From Acidimicrobiaceae bacterium (GTDB lineage: Bacteria > Actinomycetota > Acidimicrobiia > Acidimicrobiales > RAAP-2), in NCBI GenBank assembly GCA_003161575.1, contig PMOE01000093.1:45606-109605 (forward strand): a stretch of 64,000 nt of DNA, read 5' to 3'. The notes under the pieces are model-generated. The model did not search any database and had not been told where the DNA came from. It worked only from the letters and a program-made list of their open reading frames with translations. How positions within the stretch are numbered: position 1 is the stretch's first letter; each line of letters begins with the position of its first letter. The position numbers and the translations under genes were made by a program. Positions 8,785 through 17,982 of this stretch are shown here, in pieces.

Positions 8785-9551
8785 GTCTGGCGGCGCCCCC
8801 GCTCGATGATCGCCTCGCGCTCTTTGGCTAGGCGGGACTGGTCGAATCGCTCCGCCATCCACTCGCGGGCCATCTGGCGTTCAACGCTCCAGGCCTCGGT
8901 GCCGTTCAGCTCGGCGATCTCGGCGTACATCCGTCGAACCTCCCGGACGTTCGCCACCGGGATCGACGCGATGGCCGCGGCGACCTCCTTGGCCCGGTCA
9001 AGGAGCTGCGCGTGGGGGACAACTTCGTTCACCAGCCCCCATTCGTAGGCCACGTGTGCCCCGACGAAGTCCCCGGTGAAGCTCATCTGGCGTGCCCGAT
9101 TGGGTCCGATCAGCTCGGGAAGGCGGATGGTCAGACCGCCACCGGGCATCGCCCCGACCCGGGCGTGGGTGTCGGCGAATCGGGCCCGCTCGGATGCGAT
9201 GAGGAAATCGCAGGCCAACGCCAGCTCGAGCCCGCCGGTCACCGCGGCGCCGTTGATCGCGCCGATGACGGGGGTCTGGTGGACCGGGAGGAGTCCGAGG
9301 TGAGCCACCGGGGCCTTCTGGCGTTGCTGTTGGACGGCCCGCAACTCGGTGGAGAGTTGGCGCAGATCGAATCCGGCGCAGAAGGCCGGGTCGGTCCCAG
9401 TGAGGATGATCGCCGCGACGTCCTCGCGGCCGTCAAGACCGATGACGGCCTCGTCGATGGCCGCCACGAGCTCTCCGGACAGCGCATTTCGGGATTCGGG
9501 GCGGTTGAGTGTCACGACCGCCACCGGGCCGTCGACCGCTACGTCGAGCAT
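8781..9551 (-). CDS. enoyl-CoA hydratase/isomerase (crotonase family)
   Basis: The 256-aa product reads MLDVAVDGPVAVVTLNRPESRNAL...ILTGTDPAFCAGFDL. Its ATG overlaps the SDR stop by 1 nt (TAATG). Confidence 0.88.
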   Translation of the reverse strand: MLDVAVDGPVAVVTLNRPESRNALSGELVAAIDEAVIGLDGREDVAAIILTGTDPAFCAGFDLRQLSTELRAVQQQRQKAPVAHLGLLPVHQTPVIGAINGAAVTGGLELALACDFLIASERARFADTHARVGAMPGGGLTIRLPELIGPNRARQMSFTGDFVGAHVAYEWGLVNEVVPHAQLLDRAKEVAAAIASIPVANVREVRRMYAEIAELNGTEAWSVERQMAREWMAERFDQSRLAKEREAIIERGRRQT

Positions 9552-10456
9552 TAGGTGGTCCTCCTCGCTGTCGTGTCCGCCGTCTGGGGTTGGTGCGTGG
9601 CTGGTGGTGGGGGTTTCCGCCAGTCGGGGTGTAGACCCCGTTCGAGCGCCACGCGTTGGGCGAGGATTGTCTGGCCGTTGAGGCCGGACACGTCATCGGA
9701 GGTGGCCAGCCAGGAAATCACCGCGGCGGGGACCGAAGGGGGTGCCCCCCGGTAGTGGCCGGTCAGGCCGTTGGCTTCGGCGTTGGCGAGCTGCCGTTCG
9801 GTATCGACGTACCCCGGGTCGACGTTGAAGGCGCAAATCCCCTGACCCCCGTGCTCGACGGCCAAGATCCCGGCCATGCGGTGGAAAGCCCCCTTGGTCG
9901 CGGCGTATCCCAGCCCCCAGCCCCCATGACCGACCGGCGCCGGAGGATCGGCCACTGCGACATGCGAGGTCACGTCGACGATGACTCCCCGGCGGCCCTC
10001 GAGCATCGCCGGCAGCACGGCCTTGGTGATCACGGCCTGGGCCACCACGTTGGCCCGGAGTCTTGTCTCGAACTGCTCGGCGGTGAGTTCGACGAACGGG
10101 ACCATTCCCCCGGGCCCGGTGTAGATCGCGTTGTTGACCAGGACGTCGACGCGCCCGAACTCGCCGAGAACGGTCGCAACCGCGACCTCGAGGGTGTCGT
10201 AGTGAAGCAGGTCGGCGAACAGGGGAAGGGCCCGGGCACCGAGCGCACTGAGCTCTTCGGCCGTCTCCTCCAGGCTGCCGGGGACCGGGCGGTCGCCCCC
10301 GACGTCGGAGTCGTCGCGCCCTTCCCCCCGCCGTAGCGTGCGGGCGGTGATCGCCACGTCGAGACCGGCCGCGGCCAACGCCACCGCTGTCGCCTTGCCG
10401 ATACCTCGGCTAGCCCCCGTGACCAGGGCGACCCGCCGTCCAACAGGAGAACTCAC
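9551..10456 (-). CDS. short-chain dehydrogenase/reductase (SDR)
   Basis: GTG start. It has the Rossmann motif VALVTGASRGIGKA, NNAI, and the catalytic YAATKGAF (YxxxK). The C-terminal tail is Pro/Thr-rich. Confidence 0.88.
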   Translation of the reverse strand: MSSPVGRRVALVTGASRGIGKATAVALAAAGLDVAITARTLRRGEGRDDSDVGGDRPVPGSLEETAEELSALGARALPLFADLLHYDTLEVAVATVLGEFGRVDVLVNNAIYTGPGGMVPFVELTAEQFETRLRANVVAQAVITKAVLPAMLEGRRGVIVDVTSHVAVADPPAPVGHGGWGLGYAATKGAFHRMAGILAVEHGGQGICAFNVDPGYVDTERQLANAEANGLTGHYRGAPPSVPAAVISWLATSDDVSGLNGQTILAQRVALERGLHPDWRKPPPPATHQPQTADTTARRTT

Positions 10457-10836
10457 CGACTGTGTCTACTCCAACGCGTCACCGGCGCGCCCCTGTCACG
10501 AGCAGCACTCTTCGGTCCCGCACCGGACCGGCGGGACCGGGGCCACCCGGCACCCCTCGGGCGTCTGACCTGCGTCGAACCCCCACCATCGGGCACCTCA
10601 TGCGCCGAAGTAGCCCTCATGGTGGAGCATCGGGGCCGCCGTGATGACGTCGACCTGAGGGGACAGGGCCACGTCGCGAGTGAAACCCCTCATCGCGAGC
10701 TCTCGACCTGACGCGTCGCGACCCACCGCTTCGAGTCCGTCCCTGCCCCAATCGAACGGACGTCGGAGTCTTCTTGGCCGTGGTCGTCGGGTGTCACGGT
10801 TGGCGATCTTCGTCGTTTGCCCGTCGGCGGCAATTC

Positions 10837-12468
10837 TCAGCGGGTCCTTGGGCGCCGATGAGCCCGCCGCCGACCCAACAAGATCACCCCGGCGAACACG
10901 ACGAGAGCGCCACCGACGACGAGGAGGACCCACAGCCACCCAGCCTTGTCACCGCTCCCCCCGGCCTCCTCGGTGGTGCCGTGATGCAACGGGGCGCTCG
11001 TGGCCGCCGGGACCGTCGTCGTCGGCACGGTGGTGCCCGATGCTGTGGCGACCCCTTCGAACGCGTGGACCTGGTCAGCCGAGGGAGCCAGGAGCAATCC
11101 GTCTCCGACCGAAGGGGTGGGGAAATGGTTGGCCTCTTGGCCGAGCGAGAACTGCTGGACGGGTGCGCCCGAATTCGGGTCGAGCCCGAAAAGCGTTCCC
11201 CCAGAGCTGATCGACCACACAAAACCGCCGGCGACGATGGGTGGTCCTCCCGACCCCGAACTCGTCTGCCAGAGCAATCGCAGCGACGGTGGGGACGTAC
11301 CGGCGGTCAGAGCCACCACGCCGCTTTGGCAGGGGAGGTAGACGACGCCGCCCATGAAGGCGACACCGCCGTCGAAGTCTTGCCCGCAGATCGGCTTGAG
11401 TTGTGTGAGCTGACCACCGATCCCTCCGAGGTCGGACTGGCGGAGAAGGAACGCGGTCTGGGACTTGCCGCCCTGGACGACCAGGCCATTGCCCATGAGG
11501 GCGGGCACCGAGGAGCCGAGGTCCCGGTCGTTGCCGTTGTCGGTGTACCAGTCCGTCGGGGCGAAGTACTGGAGGATGTGCAGGGAAGGGGAAAGCTCGA
11601 GTACCGAGTCGCTGTTGTCGTAGGTGCCATTGGTGGTGACTGACCCGTTGCCGACGGCGACCCAGATGTTTCCCGAGGTGTCGATGACCGGGGCGCCGCC
11701 GCCCATCCACACTGCCCCCTGGCTCTCACCCGAAGCCGAGTCGGCTTCGAACATGGTCGGGGTTCCGCCGGCTTCGGGTACCGAGACGACCCAGCCGTGG
11801 TACGAGGAGCAGTCCCCGTAATTGCCACCGTAGCCGAACACGACGTTCCCGTTGGTCACGGTGAGCGCCGTGCGCTGCAACAGTGCCGGGGTAGCAGCAC
11901 CAACGGGGTCAATAGATTGGCGGAGCTCGACCGATCCGTTGGCGATGTTGATCCCAATGAGCATGTGGGCGGGTTCACCGTGTACCTGTTCGTCGGCCAC
12001 GGCGAATAGCTCGCTCCGGACCGTGTCGATCACCGGGGTGCCGGTGAACCCCTCGACCGGGGAAATATCGCCACAGGGCAGTTCTGCAGAGGGGACGGGG
12101 GATGCGACGTGGGTTGACCAGATCACGCTCCCGTCGGTTCCATTGAGTGCGTAGACCGTGTCGTTCTCCGTCGCCACGTAGACGGTGTTCCCGACGGCCA
12201 GTGGTTCGCCGAAGAGGTCCCCGTCGAGCACCGGCGAGGTCCACACTGAGCGGGCCGCGGAGAGCTGCACTCCTGAGGTGTCGACCCCCGAACCGCCCGC
12301 ATCGTGGTGGTAGACGGGCCAGTCGGTTGCCCGAACGGCAGGGGCAGGCGCTGTTGTGGCGGTGGAGGCGTCGGCAGCGATGTCGCCCGGGTTGGCGAAG
12401 ACCAGGACCGCCATGACGGCACTGGCAGCGAGGGCGCCTCCGTGTTTCACGGGGCCATCATTGTGCAC
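10837..12468 (-). CDS. PQQ-like (BamB-type) beta-propeller repeat protein, N-terminal signal and C-terminal TM anchor
   Basis: The 543-aa product has repeated ..VYALNGTDGSVIWS.. type blades, a Thr/Pro linker, and the terminal hydrophobic segment WLWVLLVVGGALVVFAGVILLG followed by RRRAHRR. Confidence 0.75.
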   Translation of the reverse strand: MHNDGPVKHGGALAASAVMAVLVFANPGDIAADASTATTAPAPAVRATDWPVYHHDAGGSGVDTSGVQLSAARSVWTSPVLDGDLFGEPLAVGNTVYVATENDTVYALNGTDGSVIWSTHVASPVPSAELPCGDISPVEGFTGTPVIDTVRSELFAVADEQVHGEPAHMLIGINIANGSVELRQSIDPVGAATPALLQRTALTVTNGNVVFGYGGNYGDCSSYHGWVVSVPEAGGTPTMFEADSASGESQGAVWMGGGAPVIDTSGNIWVAVGNGSVTTNGTYDNSDSVLELSPSLHILQYFAPTDWYTDNGNDRDLGSSVPALMGNGLVVQGGKSQTAFLLRQSDLGGIGGQLTQLKPICGQDFDGGVAFMGGVVYLPCQSGVVALTAGTSPPSLRLLWQTSSGSGGPPIVAGGFVWSISSGGTLFGLDPNSGAPVQQFSLGQEANHFPTPSVGDGLLLAPSADQVHAFEGVATASGTTVPTTTVPAATSAPLHHGTTEEAGGSGDKAGWLWVLLVVGGALVVFAGVILLGRRRAHRRPRTR

Positions 12469-12535
12469 TGGCGCTCGTCAAATCGCCCAAGGGTGGCGAT
12501 CCACCGAGTGCGGGCCACGGCCCGTAATGAACGCG

Positions 12536-13642
12536 TTATTCAGCTGGGTCCGAGCTGGCGTTGGGGCCGAACAACGCGAGGGGCTCGGCGGTGAGATCGG
12601 CGTGCTCGACGGTGCCGATCGACTCGAGCGACGCGTCCGTTTGATCGAGGGCGAAGTAGCCGGGCACTGCGTGATGGGGGGAGTCGAGGTAGACCTTGGC
12701 CTCGGGGGGCCCTCCGAAGCGGCCGTGGCTCCAACGCACCTCGATGTGTCCGACTACGTCGACGGAGGCTCCGGTCCTTTTGTCACGGATCGTGGCCTGC
12801 CATCCCACCCTTGATTGACCACCACTTTGCGGTTCCACGTCGAACGCGTGGAGCCCGAAGCGCTGGCGCCAGTCCCAGGGAGTGGCGACCCGTAGCCGGA
12901 GCGGGTGCGACCCCGCAGCTCCCAGGACGAAGTAAGGCGCGCTCCCCATGCGCAATAGACGCCAGAACATCGCCTCTTGCTCCTCGCGCCCCGCCAACGC
13001 TTTGCGCCAGCGTTCCGCCGAGGCCAATGCCACCCGGGCGATCAGGGCCTCGTAAGCCGCGGCCGCCCCCTCGGGCCATTCGGTGGTGAGGACGCGGCCG
13101 AGCGCCCTACGTTCTTCGGTCGTCAGGCTGCGGGCCAAGTCGGGAAGTTCTCGTTCGCTCCCCCGGCGAACCAGGCGGTACAGCTCGTCATACTCAGCCG
13201 GTGCCACCTCGGCAAACCAGTCGCCGCTCCGCCGGCCGTGGCGGCCCGACAGGAGGCCGTCGAACAGATGCGCGGGGGACGCGTTGAAAAGGATCTTCGA
13301 GAGGTACTTGCAGCTAATGAGGTAGACGTGATCGACCCGGAGGTCGATCGGGGCCACCTCGTCGCCTGGGGCGCGGCCCGAGCCCTTCCATTCGACACAG
13401 AGCGGTCGTCGTTCACGCAGGGCAGCGGGTGCGTGGAGGAAGGCCACGCCGTTGGCGAAGGCGGAGCCGAACTCCGCATCGTAGGCACCGCCCGACCGGA
13501 CCTCGGTGAGCAGCGCCCAAGTCTCGGGGGAGACGCTGACCATTTCGGTCGGCTGGGCTCTGAGGGCGGTGTCCACGTCGACATAGCCCAGCATCCCGAG
13601 ACCGGTGCCGAGCTCGGTGATGGTGGTTCGCAGGTTGGGCAA
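12536..13642 (-). CDS. uncharacterised protein; candidate restriction endonuclease partner of the adjacent methyltransferase
   Basis: This 368-aa ORF (TTG 13642; alternative ATG 13594) lies 59 nt downstream of the MTase on the same strand. It contains APID-x9-ISCK (13307-13345), reminiscent of PD-(D/E)xK variants with SxK. I recognise no family. Confidence 0.55.
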   Translation of the reverse strand: MPNLRTTITELGTGLGMLGYVDVDTALRAQPTEMVSVSPETWALLTEVRSGGAYDAEFGSAFANGVAFLHAPAALRERRPLCVEWKGSGRAPGDEVAPIDLRVDHVYLISCKYLSKILFNASPAHLFDGLLSGRHGRRSGDWFAEVAPAEYDELYRLVRRGSERELPDLARSLTTEERRALGRVLTTEWPEGAAAAYEALIARVALASAERWRKALAGREEQEAMFWRLLRMGSAPYFVLGAAGSHPLRLRVATPWDWRQRFGLHAFDVEPQSGGQSRVGWQATIRDKRTGASVDVVGHIEVRWSHGRFGGPPEAKVYLDSPHHAVPGYFALDQTDASLESIGTVEHADLTAEPLALFGPNASSDPAE

Positions 13643-13701
13643 CTACGCGTCTTTTGACAGGGGATGGTCCCCGACCCCGGAGCGGGCGATCAGGGTCGGT
13701 G

Positions 13702-15174
13702 TCAACGTTGTGCTCCGAGTTCTTCGTCGCTCCAATACCCGGGGAGCGGCTGATCATGGCCGCCGGCTCGGTAACGTGCCAGGCGGTCGAATCCGTTCGG
13801 GTCGTCGAGTAGCTCGACGGCGTCGAAAAAAGCTCGGGGACCGGCAGCCCGAAGTGCAGTGTCGCCGTCACTGGGCCGTTGCGGAAGGTTCGTGGTGAGC
13901 AGTACCAACGGCCCGATGCCTCGATTGGCCATGACGTGGGCCCGACCGAGGGACCGCAGCAGGGTCTCGGTGCGCACGAGGCCGCTCCGGGTCGTAGTGA
14001 AGGCTCCGGACACATCGAAGTACCACTCGGTACCGTCGGCCGCCTTGGCCACCAGATGCACGTTCAGACCGAGCCCCCGCAGCCGGACGTTCCGACCCGT
14101 TACCGTGAAACCGGCCTCGACCACCAGGTCCTCGGCCAGCGCGTGGGCGGCCTTTCCCTCCCGTCTCGCTCGCTCCGAGAAGTCCTCGCCCACACGGTTG
14201 CGTTGTGACGAGCGTTGTTTCTTCGGTGATCGACGAGAGGTCTTCGCTCCGGCGACGAGCCGGGCTTCTTCCTCGTGGACCCGGTCCCGGGCGATCGCCA
14301 CGTAGTCCGGATCAAGGTCGTAGCCGGCATAACGGCGTCCGGCCCGGGCCGAGGCCACCAGCGTCGAGCCCGAGCCCATGAAGGGGTCGACCACGAGGTC
14401 CCCCCGGTAGGTGTACAGCTGGATGAGGCGGTGGGGGAGCTCGACGGGAAAGGGCGCGGGGTGGTTGACCCGACGGGCGCTCTCTGCGGGAATGTTCCAG
14501 ACGTCGAGGGTGGCCGCCATGAACTCGTCGCTCGTGAGCGTGTTCTCGTGGGGGAGGTCGAGCTCCTTGCGCTCTTTGGTCGTGCGGGCCCGGTCGAAGC
14601 GCCCTTTACTGGCAATGATGACCCGTTCGGTGATGTCGCGGAGCACCGGATTCGAGGCGCTCCGGAACGAACCCCAGGCACACGAACCCGACGCCCCTTT
14701 TCCCTTCTGCCAAATGATCTCGCCCCGGGCCAACAGGTGGAGGTCGTCTTGGAGGATGGTCATGATGTCCGCCGAGAGGCTCCGATATGGCTTGCGTCCG
14801 AGGTTGGCCACGTTGACGGCGATCCGCCCGCCGGGCTCGAGCGTGCGCTTGCACTCGCAGAAAACATCACGGAGCAATTCGAGGTACTCGAGGTAGGACC
14901 CGGGGATCCCCTCGCGGTCGAGCTCTTCTTCGTACTGCTTCCCGGCGAAGTAGGGGGGCGAGGTGACGACGAGGGCGACTGAACCGTCCGCGATGGAGTC
15001 CATCTTGCGGGCGTCGCCGCACACGAACGGCTCAGCCACCGGTAGGGGCGGTTGGACCCCGTCATTCTCCGACAGCTCTGGTGCTTCGAACCGGGCGTAG
15101 AAGGCCCGCGCATCGTGGGCCTCGCGGCGCCCGACACCAAAGTTCGAGGTTGACGTGCGGCGACGCTGGGCCAT
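13702..15174 (-). CDS. beta-class N4/N6 DNA methyltransferase with an extra C-terminal domain of about 185 aa
   Basis: ATG 15174 gives MAQRRRTSTSNFGVGRREAHDARAFY. Motif IV TSPPY (14950-14961) precedes motif I VVDPFMGSGST, which is the beta-class order. Residues about 305-490 are an additional domain. The track ORF start at 15432 adds an Arg-rich extension that is unlikely to be real. Confidence 0.85.
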   Translation of the reverse strand: MAQRRRTSTSNFGVGRREAHDARAFYARFEAPELSENDGVQPPLPVAEPFVCGDARKMDSIADGSVALVVTSPPYFAGKQYEEELDREGIPGSYLEYLELLRDVFCECKRTLEPGGRIAVNVANLGRKPYRSLSADIMTILQDDLHLLARGEIIWQKGKGASGSCAWGSFRSASNPVLRDITERVIIASKGRFDRARTTKERKELDLPHENTLTSDEFMAATLDVWNIPAESARRVNHPAPFPVELPHRLIQLYTYRGDLVVDPFMGSGSTLVASARAGRRYAGYDLDPDYVAIARDRVHEEEARLVAGAKTSRRSPKKQRSSQRNRVGEDFSERARREGKAAHALAEDLVVEAGFTVTGRNVRLRGLGLNVHLVAKAADGTEWYFDVSGAFTTTRSGLVRTETLLRSLGRAHVMANRGIGPLVLLTTNLPQRPSDGDTALRAAGPRAFFDAVELLDDPNGFDRLARYRAGGHDQPLPGYWSDEELGAQR

Positions 15175-15269
15175 GACTATCGGACCGACGCTAGCGGCCC
15201 GGACGGACTGCTCAGCGGATGGACGGGACAGGGCATGGTCCGAGCGTAGGGACCGGGTGTAACGGCCAC

Positions 15270-16286
15270 TCAGGCGGCATGGCCGGCGGCCCAGGCCACC
15301 AGGCCGTCGAGTCCTTTCGTGTTGATGATGCGTTCGGTGGGAACACCGGCCTCCGTCGCCTGGCTGCACCCGTTGCCCAGCCATTCGAGCTGGCCCGGGG
15401 CGTGGGCGTCGGTGTCGATCGTGAATTCGCACCCCGCTTCGACGGCGGCCGCTAGCAGTTCTGCGGGAGGATCGCGCCGTTCGGGTCGGGAGTTGATCTC
15501 GACCGCGGTGCCGGTTCGGGCGCAGGCATCGAAGACCGCTCCGGGGTCAAAACGCGATGGGGGGCGCCCTTTGCCCACGATGATCCGACCAGTGCAGTGC
15601 CCGAGGATGTCGGTATGGGGACTCTCGATGGCCGCCAGCATCCGGGTGGTCATGGCACCGAGATCCATCCGGAGCTTGGAGTGCACGCTGGCCACCACCA
15701 CGTCGAGGCGGGCCAAGAGCTCCTCTTCTTGGTCGAGGCTGCCATCCTCCAAGATGTCCACTTCGATGCCCGTGAGCAGTCGAAAAGGAGCCATCTGTTC
15801 GTTCAGTTCAGCGACCACTTCGAGTTGTTGGCGTAACCGTTCCGGATTTAGCCCGTGGGCGATCGTTAGGCGCGGGCTGTGGTCGGTCAGCACGAGATAG
15901 CTGTGTCCGAGGTCTCGGGCTGCTTCGGCCATCTGGTGGATGGGGCTTCCCCCGTCAGACCAGTCCGAGTGGCTGTGGCAGTCGCCCTGCAGAAGGGCCC
16001 GGATCTCGCCCGCCCGCCCGCCGGGCGCCGAGGCGGTTTGGTCCTCGAGGTCAGCGAGGTACGAGGGGGTGTCTCCGCCGAGGGCCTCGGCGGCCACGGT
16101 GGCCGTGGTGTTCCCCACGCCTTCGAGAGACTGCAGACGCCCCGAGCGCGATAGCTCGGCCACCCGATCAGGCCCCGCGTCGTTGACCGCGGCGGCGGCC
16201 CGGCGAAAGGCCCGAACCCGGTAAGACTCGGCGCCGGCCGCCTCGAGCAGGTAGGCGATCCGGTTCAGGGCGGTCAACGGGTCCAT
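15270..16286 (-). CDS. PHP-domain phosphoesterase with PolX-like N-terminal helix-hairpin-helix module (no polymerase core)
   Basis: ATG 16286 follows AAGGAGAG. The N-terminus reads LNRIAYLLEAAGAESYRVRAFRRAA...LQSLEGVG, followed by PHP motifs GDCHSHSDWSDG, LTDHSP and DTDAHAPG. Confidence 0.8.
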   Translation of the reverse strand: MDPLTALNRIAYLLEAAGAESYRVRAFRRAAAAVNDAGPDRVAELSRSGRLQSLEGVGNTTATVAAEALGGDTPSYLADLEDQTASAPGGRAGEIRALLQGDCHSHSDWSDGGSPIHQMAEAARDLGHSYLVLTDHSPRLTIAHGLNPERLRQQLEVVAELNEQMAPFRLLTGIEVDILEDGSLDQEEELLARLDVVVASVHSKLRMDLGAMTTRMLAAIESPHTDILGHCTGRIIVGKGRPPSRFDPGAVFDACARTGTAVEINSRPERRDPPAELLAAAVEAGCEFTIDTDAHAPGQLEWLGNGCSQATEAGVPTERIINTKGLDGLVAWAAGHAA

Positions 16287-16434
16287 CGGAGTACCCGTCC
16301 CTCTCCTTGTCCGAGCCCGGGTCGTTGCGAACCTCGCGTCACCGCACTCGGGCCTGTCGCTGGGATCGATCCGCATCGGGAGGCGGGCACACAACGGGCA
16401 CGTTCGAACCTTACCGTTGTCGAACTCGGGGGTC

Positions 16435-17310
16435 TCAGACGGCGTTGGCCCGTTCGAGGCAGGGTTGGAGCGCGTCGAGCATGGGGGTAACGTCCTCGGG
16501 CCCACCGGCAAAAAACAGGGCGGAGACGGCGTCGGCCCCGGCCGCTGCGTACTGCTCAACCCGATCGGGCGTGAGCTCTTCGAAATAGGGGCACACCGTG
16601 ACCTTCACGTCGGATCGGGCGCGTCCGCACTCGGCCAGGTGGCTCTCGAGCGTGGCGAGTGGGGCCGCCAGGTCACCAGGGAGGCGGTTGAAGGTGTGCC
16701 AGCCCTGAGCGGCCCGGGCGGCCCGGCGGAGCGCGGCGTCACTCTCCCCGCCAATGTGGATCGGGGGATGTGGTGTCTGGATGGGTTTTGGAAACATCGA
16801 GCACGCCGGGAGTCGGTAGAACTCACCGGAAAAGCTCGACCGGTCGTCACACCACAAGGTCTGCAGTACCTCGAGGTACTCGTCGGTTCGAGCACCGCGC
16901 CGTGCCCAGTCCACGTTGAGGGCGTCGAACTCCTCACGCAACCAGCCGACCCCGACCCCGAAATCGACCCGGCCTTTTGAGAGCCAGTCGAGGGTGGCGA
17001 CATCTTTGGCCGTGTACACCGGGTTGCGTTGGGGGAGCAGCACCATTGCGGTGCCGAGGCGGATGGTCTGGGTATGCGCGGCGAGGAAGGACAGCGTCGT
17101 GATCGGTTCGAGCAGCCCCGATCCGGGGGGAGCGGGGATGCGGCCATCTTGGGCGTAGGGGTACTGGGAGCCGTAATCCTCGAAGAGGACCACGTGCTCG
17201 CCCACCCAGATCCCGTGGATCCCGCGCTCTTCTGATTCGGTGGCCAACGCGGCCAGCAGCTCAGGAGTGGTGAAGGGGCTCGCCGTGGGCAACCACAGAT
17301 CGAAGTGCAC
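16435..17310 (-). CDS. luciferase-like monooxygenase family oxidoreductase (probably F420-dependent)
   Basis: The 291-aa product (GTG start) contains GIHGIWVGEHVV...RLGTAMVLLPQRNPVYTAKDVATLDWLSKGRVDFGVGVGW...PPIHIGGES. Confidence 0.82.
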   Translation of the reverse strand: MHFDLWLPTASPFTTPELLAALATESEERGIHGIWVGEHVVLFEDYGSQYPYAQDGRIPAPPGSGLLEPITTLSFLAAHTQTIRLGTAMVLLPQRNPVYTAKDVATLDWLSKGRVDFGVGVGWLREEFDALNVDWARRGARTDEYLEVLQTLWCDDRSSFSGEFYRLPACSMFPKPIQTPHPPIHIGGESDAALRRAARAAQGWHTFNRLPGDLAAPLATLESHLAECGRARSDVKVTVCPYFEELTPDRVEQYAAAGADAVSALFFAGGPEDVTPMLDALQPCLERANAV

Positions 17311-17353
17311 GTTGATCCTTTCGTCGTGGTGTCCGTGCCACCAAAATCAGACG

Positions 17354-17980
17354 CTATCGACGGACCCGAAGACCGTTCAGGACAAAGTCGCAGATCTCGT
17401 CGGTGGCCTGATCGAGAGGGAGCGGGGACGGGTCGCCGGCTCGCACCGACAGGGCGCCCAGGATCTGCTGGCCGAGAAGAGCGGCGGCCCGGGCCGGATC
17501 GATCGGGCCAAAAAGACCCTGGTCGATGCCCTCGTGAACCAGGTGCTCGAGGATCCGGGCCATATCGAGGCCGATGAGGAGGAGCTCGGCGTCAAGGGCG
17601 TCGGCCCCGGGCCGGTTGCCGGTGGCCTGGGTGGCCACAGCCAGCCGGAAGAATGCCGGGTTCTCGTCGATCCGCTCAATCAGTCCGGCGACGACGGCGC
17701 GCAACCGTTCGTCGGGGGTGGCGTCGCGCTCCCAGACCCCGACGATGGCATCTTGGAGCTGTTCGTACATCCGCGTGAGGCAAGCCCGAAGGAGCGCGTC
17801 GCGGTTGGCGAAATAGACGTAGACCGTGGACCGGGCCACCCCGGCCTCGGCGGCGATCTCGTCCATCGGGACTTCGGTGGTGCCCCGTTCGCCGAACAGC
17901 CGGCGGGCGACATCGATGATCTGATCGCGTCGGAAATCGCGAATGACCTCTTTGAGCTCGTCGGGCGACCGGCGGGCCAC
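17354..17980 (-). CDS. TetR family transcriptional regulator
   Basis: GTG 17980 lies 2 nt after the P450 stop. The N-terminal HTH reads [47 protein letters not shown]. Confidence 0.9.
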   Translation of the reverse strand: MARRSPDELKEVIRDFRRDQIIDVARRLFGERGTTEVPMDEIAAEAGVARSTVYVYFANRDALLRACLTRMYEQLQDAIVGVWERDATPDERLRAVVAGLIERIDENPAFFRLAVATQATGNRPGADALDAELLLIGLDMARILEHLVHEGIDQGLFGPIDPARAAALLGQQILGALSVRAGDPSPLPLDQATDEICDFVLNGLRVRR

Positions 17981-17982
17981 GG

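Noticed and set aside
10457-10939. 380-bp gap after the SDR gene and the 113-aa minus ORF (10598-10939); the tail MRGFTRDVALSPQVDVITAAPMLHHEGYFGA has good third-position GC
   Set aside because: The ORF's upstream two-thirds overlaps the beta-propeller gene and is Arg-rich. The coding-like tail is only about 30-40 codons, with no SD or recognisable family. It is left unannotated as a possible remnant.
15175-15432. Upstream 86-codon extension of the methyltransferase ORF
   Set aside because: It is Arg/His/Pro-rich and non-coding-like. The family-typical N-terminus (MAQRRRTSTSNFGVGRRE) starts at ATG 15174.
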